DNA of 64,000 nt from Lepidodermella squamata (lineage: Eukaryota > Animalia > Gastrotricha). The notes under the pieces were generated by a model, which was not told where the DNA came from, searched no databases, and worked only from the letters and a program-made list of their open reading frames with translations. The stretch lies in contig JBLDXI010000002.1 in assembly GCA_047495785.1 (NCBI GenBank), forward strand, positions 2,232,001-2,296,000, given 5' to 3'. This document shows positions 48,501-60,066 of this stretch, in pieces; the first letter of the stretch is position 1, and each line of letters opens with the position of its first letter. The position numbers and the translations under genes are program-made.

Positions 48501-48641
48501 TAGCACTCGACTGCAGAGAAAAAATAAAAAAAAAATCAACAGAAAATGTTGACACTTACGAGGAATGATTTCCACAACAGCTCGGGCGATAGCAGACTGA
48601 AGATCTTTGACGGTAAGCGGGGGTAGGACTATGCTTGTCAT
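33519..48641 (-). CDS. DNHD1: Divergent dynein heavy chain, DNHD1-like
   Basis: N-terminal LTGREAVVYF...FRPYDI; linker RLFALSNWEI; 6-kb motor exon with AAA2 GSPGSGKTT; stalk/MTBD LNKADVEEFRSYRDPP...WESGKLLL...SKAARSITAWI. Dynein identity is secure; DNHD1 orthology is inferred from degeneracy and N-terminus. Confidence 0.7.
37268..37984 (+). CDS. GNAT N-acetyltransferase (arylalkylamine NAT-like), intronless, nested antisense in a dynein intron
   Basis: 238-aa ATG-TAA ORF; motif A FIFGTDPDYRGRGV; ASSEFSSKAAKSCNF; FCSEP near the N-terminus; lies inside intron 36997-38023. Confidence 0.85.
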   Translation: MQVLEETDDGLLYKIMDKRHRDAALIAISRAFCSEPNAAAAGEADPKMKAKVHDWVEYFDPWMDYYSSNELSLVVLDPQNYYRLAGVVAVRDYTFSPPEFDHLFDSSNSTKPLAPFEKLMEALESEAEKKFDTMREAHNSNLKGIFADFFIFGTDPDYRGRGVLNKSIKKVLPILKSAGFKYATIGASSEFSSKAAKSCNFDEIASINARQLLWRNETIFEKVKEPHGICRFWIKEIK

Positions 48642-49713
48642 GATCTGAGATAATTTTTTATACAATCATAACAAATGAAACTCTACAAGCTGCGCACCCA
48701 ATACTCAAGACCCTGGATATCTATTTGTAGCGAATTCCACAAGCCAAAGGGCCACATGGGCGGGACGCGTTGCTATGTTTTATCAAAAATAATAAAATTG
48801 AAAATAAAAATTCTAACATTGTTTTGAAATATTTTAATAAATTTTCAATACATCTGTCACATTTAAAGCGCGGGCAATATTTAAATTTTTGGAATTTTTG
48901 GGCGTCGGCAAAAATGTGGGTCGCTGCCACAGCTTCTGTTTTCGAGCACCTCACCTGTAGAATTCCGTCCAAAATTATTCTCTGATGATCGGCAAGTTGC
49001 TTTCGATGTTGGCGCTTTTCTCTGACCGATGATTCAAGTTGATTCCTCGGGCATTCGAGGTTCCCAATTCCCAAGGTACGAGGGCAAGGCAGGCGTTGCG
49101 CCCAACGCACTGTTGCCTGATTTGATGCAACAACGATTTCGAGCTTCTGGTACGGATTTGCTTTTAGCCCGTAGGAGAGCAGCCATTCTCCTTCAGAATG
49201 CCCATATAGACTAGCATTTATATAACGTCCTCCCCTGCCAGATTCAGTTATCAGCGTTCAGAAGGAGAAGGGCTGCTATTCGGACTAGTCGTAACACTGA
49301 TTTATTTGATCACGTCGTTTAGTCGTTTGCGACACAGGCGACACAGTTGGTAGTCCACGTTTCCCTAATCCTACTGACCTTCATTATTTCTTTCTCTTAC
49401 ATATTCTCTCATCTATGCAATCTAAGCCCATGTGACCGATCACAACCGCTTTATCTACGCTCCGTATCATAGCCAAGCATGTTAGAGAGGCAGTGTTCGT
49501 CAGCTATTGACACGCTAAACAGCATTGCGTTTATCAGAATTTCTGGATTGTTCGCTATCAGGCATAGAAACTTATCATCTTCAAATTTGTAATTGCGCCA
49601 TATTTGCCACTGACAACATGCGCTGGATAAGTAACTGCGCGATCCTGCATATTATAACCTGCGCCGTTTAATTCGGCGATCCGACTCAACGCTTATCGGA
49701 TAGCATTACGGTT

Positions 49714-51098
49714 TTATTTCACCTCTGTTATTCCATATTTTTCCGCTACTACATTAATGGAAAAGTTGAACATTTCGTATTGGCAAGGTGCATGTTGATT
49801 ATAGCTATCCATCTCAACGTCTTTCAGGAATATTATGATGAACGTATAGCAAAAATAACCAACAGCTGTTAGAACGGAATACAATATCAAGCCAAATCTG
49901 TTTAGTTTCTCCGCATAGTCTCGTTTTTCGTCATTATGCCAAATGCGTCTGATTGCAGCAGCCGCGATAGTCACGCTTGTGGATAAAAATAACAGATAAA
50001 CGTAAAATATTGCCAATGTCGACAGCTCTGCGCTCGCTGGTATTTGATCGGCAAGCGTGAAAAGAAGAATGAACCAGCTCAGAACTACAGTCAACGCAAC
50101 AGCCACCTTATCTTTCTCTCCAGCTGGCGCTAAAAATGTGCAACCCATCAGGAACGACAACACGATCGTTGGTAGCATGAGTATGACGACATGATATGAA
50201 GATTTCCTTGCCATTCTGAAGTGAAAATATATGTTGGCTAATGAACTTTCTTGTTTGGATTCCCAGCAAACACCGTTGATTGTCCACATCGGATGCTGAG
50301 TCACCGACTCATCCACTAACTCGAATCCCGTGGATATGAAATTGAGTGAGAAATAATTTCTTGTGACTTTGCTGTCATTGGTCAGCCTTAGGAATTCCAA
50401 GTTGTAGTAGAGCGGTGATTTCATCTTCATTAAATATAATAAGGCCTGATATATCTGTCGAGTTCTTTTGCCTAAATACCTGTATCTCGCAAAACTGAGT
50501 GTCAAACGGGAACCATTTAACCTGGATTTGTAAAAAATTGTAGCTTATGTAAGTGATATACATGCCTACATACTTTCATGTGGCAAGAAATAGCCAGGGT
50601 TATTGGAACTCTCCAAATTACGAGACCAGACCTTTCGACGGCGACTGGAAACTTGGAGAGCAGGCTGTATTGATCTGCTCCAGATGCTGCGCCATTTGTG
50701 ATCAGAAAATGTGGAAACCAAATTTCGGCCGCACGTCGAACTCTCAAAGGGCTAAATTTGCAGTCTGTATCGATATAAGACAGCCTTTGATCGGTCCACA
50801 CAATTTCTGGCACCAGAGTTAACCATATTTCACCGGTTGTAGGTTCAACGTTGTTGATAGCATAGATTCTCATGGAAACGAAAACATCAGTTGATGATTG
50901 CGGGGGGCTAGAAACGTACAGTCCGCCAAAGAGTTGCTTGCTCACCTGTTCACATGACTGAAACTAAAATGATACATAATAACCGTATTTCTCAAAATAA
51001 CCGATACTAACCAAATTTGATGCATTTTGATTTGAATAGATTGAGGAAATCTGATTAGCGATGATTACAAGAATTACGGTTTGGAATGAAAAAATCAT
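49714..51098 (-). CDS. Cys-loop ligand-gated ion channel subunit (nAChR-like, no vicinal Cys)
   Basis: Signal exon; WTDQRL; IWFP; Cys-loop CHMKVKWFPFDTQFC (C-x13-C) across an intron; four TM helices; 3 exons. Confidence 0.9.
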
Positions 51099-51526
51099 TT
51101 TTAATTCTCGCCGCGGTGTTGTGCATCACTGATACTCTTATAAAATTGAATATCTCAGATTGAGCTATAGCGCAATATAATTTCCGGCGGTGAGTGCATT
51201 ATCGATCGATTTTCGGAAATCGCTGACTACTTATCTCTTATTGAGGCCATCTCGCTTATCACTGCTTGAATTTCAATTTTTAAATTCCAATCAATTTTCA
51301 TTTCAGAGCCTGGATCTGTAATATTATATTGCTTAAAATAACGATTTTTGCGTTACAGCACTGCCGGATAGAAATGGCGGTAGGATTTGATTTTTGTATT
51401 TACCAACCTGTGTTTGATATTAATTTATCTGTTTGTCTAACAGAACGCCAAGCAAAGAGAAAATAATTTCGGGTACGAAATCACTGGATACACCGAAGCA
51501 GGAGAAGAGTCGATGAGCACAGCAAA

Positions 51527-52124
51527 ATGACTTTGGATGATGATCTCGCAACTGCCAAGCCGAAGTTACACCCTAATTTCCCAGCCTGGCACGCTACTCT
51601 CTCGGAAGAAAATCGTCGGGACTTGGTTGAAAGAATCGCAAAGGTGGGCTTTGAATTCATTTCTATAACTTAATGTCACGGTTCAATCTGAGCAGGATTT
51701 GAAAACATCAAACTCAGAAACAGATGGCCATTTGCACGATCAAGCTGCAGGCATCGAATCAGAAGTGTTTTTGACAGCTTCTTCGCTTCAGCAATACTAT
51801 AGCCTAATTGCTGAGAATGTTCGAAGAGCTCGAAAATCGGATTTCTGCCAAGTTACTAAGCTAATCATCTCTCCGAAGCAAGCGCCAACGGTTATGGATT
51901 CAGGTGAGTCTTTTTTCTTGTTATCATTTCTGTATTTTCATCCTATTGTGACCTGAATAGGGACATCTGTGCCTGTGAAATTAGGCTGTTCCATCTGTCT
52001 AGATGAAATCGCACCGAGCCAAAGCCGGCGCTTGCTGAAGTGCGGTCACGTTTATCACCTGCGATGCATTTCAAGATGGCTTCGCGAAAAGCTTAACTGT
52101 CCTGTATGCAGGTCGATGCCATAA
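51527..52124 (+). CDS. KIX-RING-H2 fusion protein (162 aa)
   Basis: Exons 51527-51643, 51696-51903, 51961-52124. KIX: WHATLSEENRRDLVERIAK...AAGIESEVFLTASSLQQYYSLIAE. RING-H2: CSICLDE-x-CGHVYHLRCISRWL...CPVCR. Confidence 0.8.
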
Positions 52125-53050
52125 AACTAACTGTAAGAGGGATGCGCTAAAAAGACTTCTTTTATGGACACAAAAAAATGTTTGCAGAAACCGTATACCT
52201 TTCAAATAAATGGATTGATGTGCAAAATCTGATGTGAAGATCTTTTATTTCGTGATTTGAGATCGAGTCAAATGACGTGAAACAAAGCGGAACGAGACAC
52301 TTGAATCGGAAGTTGAAACTTCATATGGCTTTGGCCTGAGCCATTTCAGCTATAATGCTTCAATGATGTAGTTTTTTTTGAACAATATCAGCCTATTAGC
52401 CATGCAATGTTTTGAAAACAGTCGAAACTACTCATACACCAAATAACTACAATTTTAAAAGCCGTAATGAAAAATGACATCTTGAAATGGCAATATAAAG
52501 CCCGCTTAACAACATTGCTCAAACATACGAGAATTCGCTTTAACTGCGGCCCCTTGACGCATGTGTATAAAATACAGCACATGTATAAGCATGACATGTG
52601 AAAGGATGAAAAAAATAAATGTCGGTATATATTGGCATGCACTGTGTTTTAGTTGCATTGGTGGTGGTTAGTGGCGCTTTATCATATAGAGAAAGCTAGT
52701 TTAAGCTACAAGAATAGAATGAAAACAGAGTAATAGGAAAGATACTGTCAACAAGCGAAACTTCAAATTTCATAGTATATTCTATGCTATACACGTAATT
52801 TGTTCATGCATGAAAGGTTTTTATTTCACATCGTCATTTTCTTAATAAAATATACCTCTTATATTACGTAGTATTATCATCTTCAAAGCAATATTATAAT
52901 ATTTTCTCATGTAACTATTATTCACTCTTGATAACTCCGCACATACAGAGAGGGAACACAATTATTTCTGCCTTTTTTGCTTTTCCCCATATCTAGACCG
53001 CAAAATGAAATTTAGCCGGAGAGGTTGAGACAATTCTCTCTCACAACATC

Positions 53051-54192
53051 ATGTCAACTGCGTGTAACATTCAGGCAAGCGCAGCGAACAATATTCGGAT
53101 CGCTTTCACATTACAATATTATGGCATGCTTTTATTTACTACAGACCGCAACAAGCCCAGCTATTGCTGCAGTCGCTCCGCCTGCAGCACCTAGTGCCAA
53201 TATTGACAAAAAAGACATGGTGCAACACCAACTGATTCTGCTACTACACGCCTTCAAGTGTTCGAAGCGTTTGAATAGCCACGAGTGCCAACTTCCTTTC
53301 TGCACGACTATGAAGCAGGTGCTGGCGCACATGCAGGACTGTAGAATCGAAAAAGACTGCCCATGTTTGTCTCCTCGTTATACACTCGAGTTTAGATACA
53401 CTCAAATCGGTATTTTTTTATATTTGTTTGCAGACAACCACTGCACCTCGTCGCGGAACATTATCGAACACTATCGAACGTGTAAAAAAGAGGACTGCCC
53501 TTACTGCAAAGATATCAGGCGAGAGAGGCATAAGGATATGTCCCTACCCCTACCCGGATGCAGCCCTTCGTCATCTTCATCGTCAACATCGTCCGAATCT
53601 GCTGATTCTAGCAAATTTTGGCAAAATTGCGAGTGCAATGATCAAATACGCGCTTATATCATCTCAAAAATCGAAAGGGTAATATTTAAAAAAAGTTAAG
53701 GAGGATTTTTTTCAAACTCATTTTCCAGGACATGGAGACATTTTTATCTCAAACCAAATGGTACTCTTCGGTGCACTCCATTGCTGAGCAAATAGAGAAG
53801 GAGAGCTTCGAGACAACCTCGACGAATGAAGACTACTTCTGGGCAATTGCCCAACGCGTTTTCACGTTGAACAGGCAAAGCCGCTCGCAGCTTTTGTCTG
53901 ATAGTAGTAGCAAGTCGGGTAAGGTGAAGAACCGACTCAAGTCACAGAAATCCGGCCTGATTAAAGAGCGACGATCCATCACGGTGGAATGTGTAATATG
54001 CCTCGAAGACTTCCGCCAAAGCCGTCGTCGCAAGCAAACCCTGCCATGCAAACATGTCTTTCACACAACTTGCATCAAGGTTCGTTTTTTTTTCGCACAT
54101 TTTTATGACCCTCGCAATCTGGATCATCTCTGACTCAGAAATGGCTAAGCCGCAGTCCGGCCTGCCCTTTATGTCGAGCTCCTGGTAGCTAA
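53051..54192 (+). CDS. TAZ1-KIX-RING-H2 fusion protein (about 297 aa)
   Basis: Exons 53051-53074 (GC donor; alternative ATG 53121), 53145-53364, 53434-53678, 53729-54079, 54139-54192. TAZ QHQLILLLHAFKC...CPYC with three HCCC sets; KIX-like W...RAYIISKI...AEQIEKESFETTSTNEDYF; RING-H2 CVICLEDF...CKHVFHTTCIKKWL...CPLCR. Confidence 0.85.
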
Positions 54193-54519
54193 GCCGATCA
54201 AGACTTACCAAAAGCTTTACTCTTCGCTCGTTTTTGCTTCATATGATATATTTGTTGGCTGTTTCATAGCTAGCACATCTATTTTTTCCTCGAAGCGGAT
54301 TTGAAGAATTTTCTCTACGCATCACACGCGGTTTAATAATTCTATTCTTTATTCCGTTAAACACCTGTCACGAATGTCTGTGAATATTATATAAGTGAAA
54401 TAAATAATATTTCAGACAATAGCAAATGGGTTTAATACACATACAGCCCACGGCATCAACGAAATAATAATTTTCCCAGCGGAAGGTGATGATTATTTCG
54501 ACCTAATGTGAAAACATAA

Positions 54520-56467
54520 TCACGTGAATTTACCCGGTGTAAATTGCAGTATCTTCTCGCGATGTGTCGCGTAATGAGTTATTATCTCGTTGTAAAATGG
54601 GTTTGTAATGAGCAGCCCGTCATGCGCTGTCGTGTTGTTAGCAAAAATTGCCCTCAGGGCTGATCCGGCCGACGTCAAATTTTTTAACTCTACGTGTAAT
54701 CTGTCGACTCGCTCCTTCACCGCTGATTCAACTAGCGCAGAAATTCCACCGTAGCACTGGTCATAAATTTTAGCGTAGTCACGTGTTATGAAATCTTCGT
54801 AAGCGCTGTAGTAGGTCGCTTGAATTTTTTCGACGATTTCAGGCGAGTCGAGAAGGCTAGACGGTCGGAAGTACAACAAGCCAATCAATAGGCCGTATTC
54901 AACCACGCTAAGGTCAGCTTGTTTAAGGGAGCTTTCTGCGTCACAAAACAAATTTTCGTCCGCCTGGTAAAGATCAAAAAAATTTAATTAAAAATTTAAT
55001 TAAAAAAAAATTGCATACGCACTTACCTGATTTGATTTGAAGTCATCCGTCATGATGAATTTCCTGACCTGTGACTGACGTTTTTCAGAAAAAATGTCGA
55101 ATCGGCTGTTCAACGCGAATTGAGCTAAGCATATTGGGAAAAAAGCGTCGGCGAGCAGGCGTTTTCGATCTTCGAGGCCGACGTTTTTAAATCCAGGTAG
55201 AGCTCGAATGGTGTTAACTACGTGCTTCCCGGTCAATAGAAGATTCCTCCTTAATATTTCAAATTTTTCCGCCGAAGACCTTGCTTCGGAAAGCATTTGA
55301 ACATCCTGAAAATCAGATTCCTCAAATCTGAATAATTTATTTTTATCAAATTACCGATGCGATGTTTTGAAGGATTCTTGTGCAGCGGACGCTTCTCTTT
55401 AAGAATTCTTCGCCAAGATCGGAACTAGGACCATTTTCTTCTTGAATGAATCGCACGAGCAGGTTCAAAGGATCGTCATTTTCCGGGAAATTCATCATAC
55501 CAATGTCTGCTGTTCGGAAATACTGCCCGGCCGTTCCGTAGAGCCAAAAGTGAGGTGCCCTGTAATGAAAAAGACAAAGAATTCAAGCTGGAAAAATACT
55601 GGAAAATACTCACAATTCGCTATTGCTGTCATTCGAGTTATTCACAGCAAATTGGCTTTGGCCATCATCCATCAAGTCGACCTTTTCTTCCTTAGGCTTG
55701 ACATTGAATCCAAAACCTTGTTGACTGGAGAAGAAACTTGACGATGAGGAAGATTCACTCTTCATAGGTGGTAGTTTCCCTCTAATTTTCTCTCTGATGT
55801 AGTAGGAATGGCGGCCACGTCGGAAAGACGTAAGAGACATGCCAATAGCGACACAACGTCGAAAACGGCAATATTTGCACGCAAATTTCCCCGAAGCATG
55901 CGGTTGACATTGCGGCGCGGTATCGGGCAAATCGATCGGGTGCATTACAAGGACCCTCGGCACCTGTTTGATTCTGAAGTTCTTCTCGCATCGATAGATG
56001 TGATCAGACCTCAGTTGAATAGATCTGGCGAAGAAGGACTTACAACTGTCACAGGTTACTGCTCCATAATGGTGGCCACTGCTTGGCCGCGAGCAAACAG
56101 CACAGGGTAGCTGTTTGAAATCGATGGCCTCGCTGTTGGCTTTCGAATTCGAGGGAACGAGAAGGCCTAAAGTTTGGCACTTCTTGAAGCGGCAAGGGCG
56201 GCATATCAACGATTGCAATTGTTTAGATGAGCCTGATGGCGCGAAGCAAAGACAATGGAACTCCGCGTCAGATCTAGCGCCAGATTCGACAATTTTTGAA
56301 TAATGAAGGAACACATTCTGAAAATTGAAATTAAGACCTATATTTTTGGATCTTGTGTGGTTTTTTACCTTGCACGATGAGCAGATCTCAGGTCCGGCTG
56401 AGTTGCTCGGGGGAAATGAAAGAGCTCGCTTTCGTAAGCAAACTTGACAAACAATTTTGTCGTTCAT
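54520..56467 (-). CDS. Nuclear hormone receptor with a degenerate plus a canonical C4 DNA-binding domain and an LBD
   Basis: DBD-like 1: CQVC...CSSCK...CLC...CRPCRFKKCQTLGL. DBD 2: CAVC..SSGHHYGAVTCDSCKSFF...CKYCRFRRCVAIGM. LBD signature IRALPGFKNVGLEDRKRLL; AF-2-like PFYNEII. Confidence 0.9.
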
Positions 56468-57055
56468 TTTGCTCGTCAAAATCGTTAAATGACAGCGCAC
56501 GTGCTTCGCAGAGCGCCTTTTATATGCAGGGCGAGCGTCGCATGAGTCAATCGACACGGGTCGTGTGGAACAATTAATTTTCATCAAACACAGTATGGTG
56601 GCCTGAAAAAGTGTCGCTGACGCAATGATTGTCCCCGACCCTGCCACTACTCAACGTAAAAAGCGGACTTTTTCCAAGACCGAAGCGGGACTTCAAAAAC
56701 ATGGATTCTCGCACCTGACAAATGATTAATTAATTAAATAGATAACGTAATTTTGGCGAACGTCAGTCTCGCCGAGATGTCTCACTGTGTGATAGATGCA
56801 TATACAGATAAATACATATAAATGCAGATAGATTATAGACAGTCGCAATGTTTATCGCATGTCAGCTCGAGTTACAATCTTACGTAACGATTTAGTTAGA
56901 CTGACTTTGTCACTAGCGTGAAATCAATTACAAGCATCATTTATTGTTTCACGTCGACATGTACATGTACTTCAATTAAGGTATTCACAGGTAAATAAAT
57001 TCCTTGTAAATAATCAGCCTGTGTATTTTTTGCTCTATAACTCAAAGTCCTTTCG

Positions 57056-59712
57056 TTATTGCTGCACCGAATCTTGATCCCTCGAGTCGTTTCTATCAAT
57101 CATATTATTGTTATTCATGCTTGGGAAGGCAGGTAGGTAAAGATTCATCCGGGCCAACGAAATCGGCCACGTCCTCAACTCAGCCTCCGCATCCTCCAAT
57201 CGAGCCATACGGTAGTATAACGCCGCGTGTGAGAACATGTTCGATTGAGATAAGAAATGCGAAACAAACCGCCCAGTCGCCGGCTGATCAGGGCCGTCTC
57301 GTTGCCGGACGAGGGGGATGAAACACCGAGCGAATCCGTGGGTTCGATTCGTGACATTTGTCTGCTGGCCGCCTAGCATGACCATGGCGTAGAGATAAGG
57401 ATCGGCCGGGAACTGGCGGGGCAGGTCGTGTTTATATCGAACCATCGAAACCCCACGGGATTCGAGGGGTAACGAGGCGATGCCTGGAGGCTGTATGCCG
57501 TCGAGGACTCGAGAAGCATGAGAAACACCAGCTGGAGGTAGTTCTCCCAAATCGACAAGCAAACTAAAAATAGCAGACAAATTATGTGTGTCGTACGAGA
57601 AAGGATTTTTGGGGGAAACGAGGACTCTCTCGGTGACACATCTAATCATATTTACCCTACTTTTTGCTAATAAAGGGATGCAATTGACAATTCCCCACAA
57701 TGTCCTTCCAGCCCAAACTGTCAATATTGTCCATGTACGACAAAAATTAACATACTCAATGATTTCTTCTCCTCGTTTTCCTTCGGTTTTTCGAACTATC
57801 GAAGTGTGGAGGACGATTGAGTTCAAGCTGTCGTTCGGAATACCGCATACAAAGTCGTAAAATAAAACCATTGCAGGAAGAAGGCCGCTGAAAATAACAA
57901 ATAGATACATCAAATTGTCCGCAAAATTTAAAAAAGAACGTACAAAGTTGGCGGATCAATTGGAATCGGGGCTGGTACAATTGGTGCCGGGATTCGTTTT
58001 TGCGGTTGTAGCGGCGCTGCCTCAACGACCGTATGGGAATCGCTGTGGCTCCACAGCGTTTTCAGATGAGTCATCACCGACTCGTGTCGAATGAGGTTCG
58101 CCTCGCTTTGAATCTTACAAACGCGTCGCAGCTGGTCTTTGATCACCTGTAAAACATCGGCGACTGCACCAGTAGAGGCCGCGTCCAAGTTCGATTTGCC
58201 ATCGGGCTGAAGCAGTGCATTCACCCGGGCGAGGCTGACAATTTCGCGACATAGCCGCTCCTTTTCCAACGATAAATCAGCTAGCATCTTGTCAAGGTGT
58301 TGCTCTAAAAATGTCGAAAAATTAACGTTGCCGGATATTTATAAGAATTAAATTTCTCACCCGCAGATTTTGTGCGTTCTTTTATCAGGAGTCGCCGCCG
58401 TTCGCGGTCGATATCGTCGAGTTCTTGCTGAATTTCGCTGATAATCGACTGGACGTAAGGATTGTCATGGGTATGAGTCACAACCGGATTGCGATTTTTT
58501 AGCCGAAATCGCTCTGGGGGCGGAGGTCCAGGCGGCCCGGCAACGATGACGTCACCATCGTTGCCAGAGCCTAGAATGTGTACACCAGGCCCACTCGCCT
58601 GCCCACTCATACTCCCGCCCTGAAGGTTGTTCATATCGAAAATCGGGTAGCCATTCACCACTTGAGGCGATATCTGGCCCATCCCGGTTACGTAGGCGGT
58701 TCGGTGGGCTGCAGCTCGCATTCGAGCCTCATCGACGAGAGACACCTGGGTCGAGGTTTGATTTCGCTCCGGTTGCGCTTGGGTGCTAATTGTCACCCTG
58801 GCATTCATCTTATCTTTCAATTCCTTCTCCTTCTCAAGCGCCTTCTCTCGATCTTCGCGACGTCGCCTTCTATCTTCCTCCCTTAAAAATAATGGGTTAA
58901 GACACGATTTTTTACGTCAATTTTTCTCACAATGTTTTGTTAAGATCGATGATGTATTTGCTCAGTCGATCGAAGAACACTTCGGATTGATGTCGGCTTT
59001 TCTCCAGTTGTTCCTTGATCATCGGCATCAGCGAGTCGTCCTTCTTTTCGGTTTTTCTCGATTCATCGCGGTCACGCTCGATGCCTCGGTTCCGCTCAAA
59101 CTGTTTCTCAATCATTTGGTTGTAATCTCGATAATAGTCCATCATTGTCTGTTGGTACCTGTCAACCATCTGCGCCTGTTGAATTCAATTAATGCAAAAT
59201 TTAATAAAAAAGGAAAATCAAATACACGGATAAAATTTACATTCAGTTCGTCTTTGCTGTAGTCGAGATGTCTGATTTCTGGCGGTGGAGGCGTTCGCAT
59301 CCTGATGGTAATAGGCTTTGGCTGCACGTAAAATTTGTCAAATTGCGCAAATTGCGGCCGCATGTCATACAAATTCCGTCCGTCATTCGGATCGAGTCGG
59401 ACGATGTTAGCTGTCGGGGTTCCGTAAACTAGCAAATGCCTAGCATTTGCCGATGTATTCAAGGGCGCGCCCGTTGTAGCGAAAGCGTCTTGCTGGCCGG
59501 CGTTAACGTACTGCCTGGGTAACTGGCCTAGCCTGTCTTTGATTTCTATTGGCGAAAATTTGTCAATAAAGCAATCTAATTTCGAAATTTCTCGAACCTC
59601 CTTGAATACGGACTAGGTCGTCGCGTTTTCGCTGAATTTCCGCGACCTGCTGCGAATGTTTCTCGGCCAAGGCCTTGAAAATCGCGTCGGATTGCTGCTG
59701 ATTTATGCTCAT
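57056..59712 (-). CDS. Coiled-coil protein with C-terminal C2-like domain, CCDC17-like
   Basis: Spliced ORFs 59142, 58927, 58305, 57928 and 57056; coiled coils, Pro-rich segments, VLFYDFVCG and GRF-type motifs recalled from CCDC17; upstream X-box fits a ciliary gene. Confidence 0.5.
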
Positions 59713-59858
59713 GATATCTGCACGTGTGTTGTTTCAAAAAACTAGGTAGCTATCACAGGTTTCAGCTCGGCATCATTGAGTGAGTGCGTATAGAAGGGCG
59801 AAAAGTCGACTGACGAGCGAATAAGGTTCTTCTTCGTGTATTTTTCTTTCACTGAACC

Positions 59859-59871
59859 GTTGCTAGGCAAC
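59859..59871. promoter_or_regulatory. RFX X-box
   Basis: GTTGCTAGGCAAC fits GTTNCY-N(0-3)-RGNAAC; about 150 bp upstream of the ATG at 59712. Confidence 0.7.
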
Positions 59872-60066
59872 ACACTTTCATCTGGCGAGTGAAGCGAGCT
59901 ATTCATGTTTGTATTTGCACAGACATTAAAATAAGATACGAAAAGAACCCGAAATGTTACTAAAATTTTATTTTTTTTTCACATAAAAATGGACAATAAA
60001 GTGCCCTGAGGGCAGCAAAAAAGCTCCGGTGAGAAATGACGTGAAATTCCGTTTTCGAAATACCGA

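Noticed and set aside
53051-54192. Fragment or pseudogene of CBP/p300
   Set aside because: The frame is intact into a RING-H2 unlike CBP's own atypical RING; there is no bromo or HAT sequence nearby; a paralog has the same fusion.
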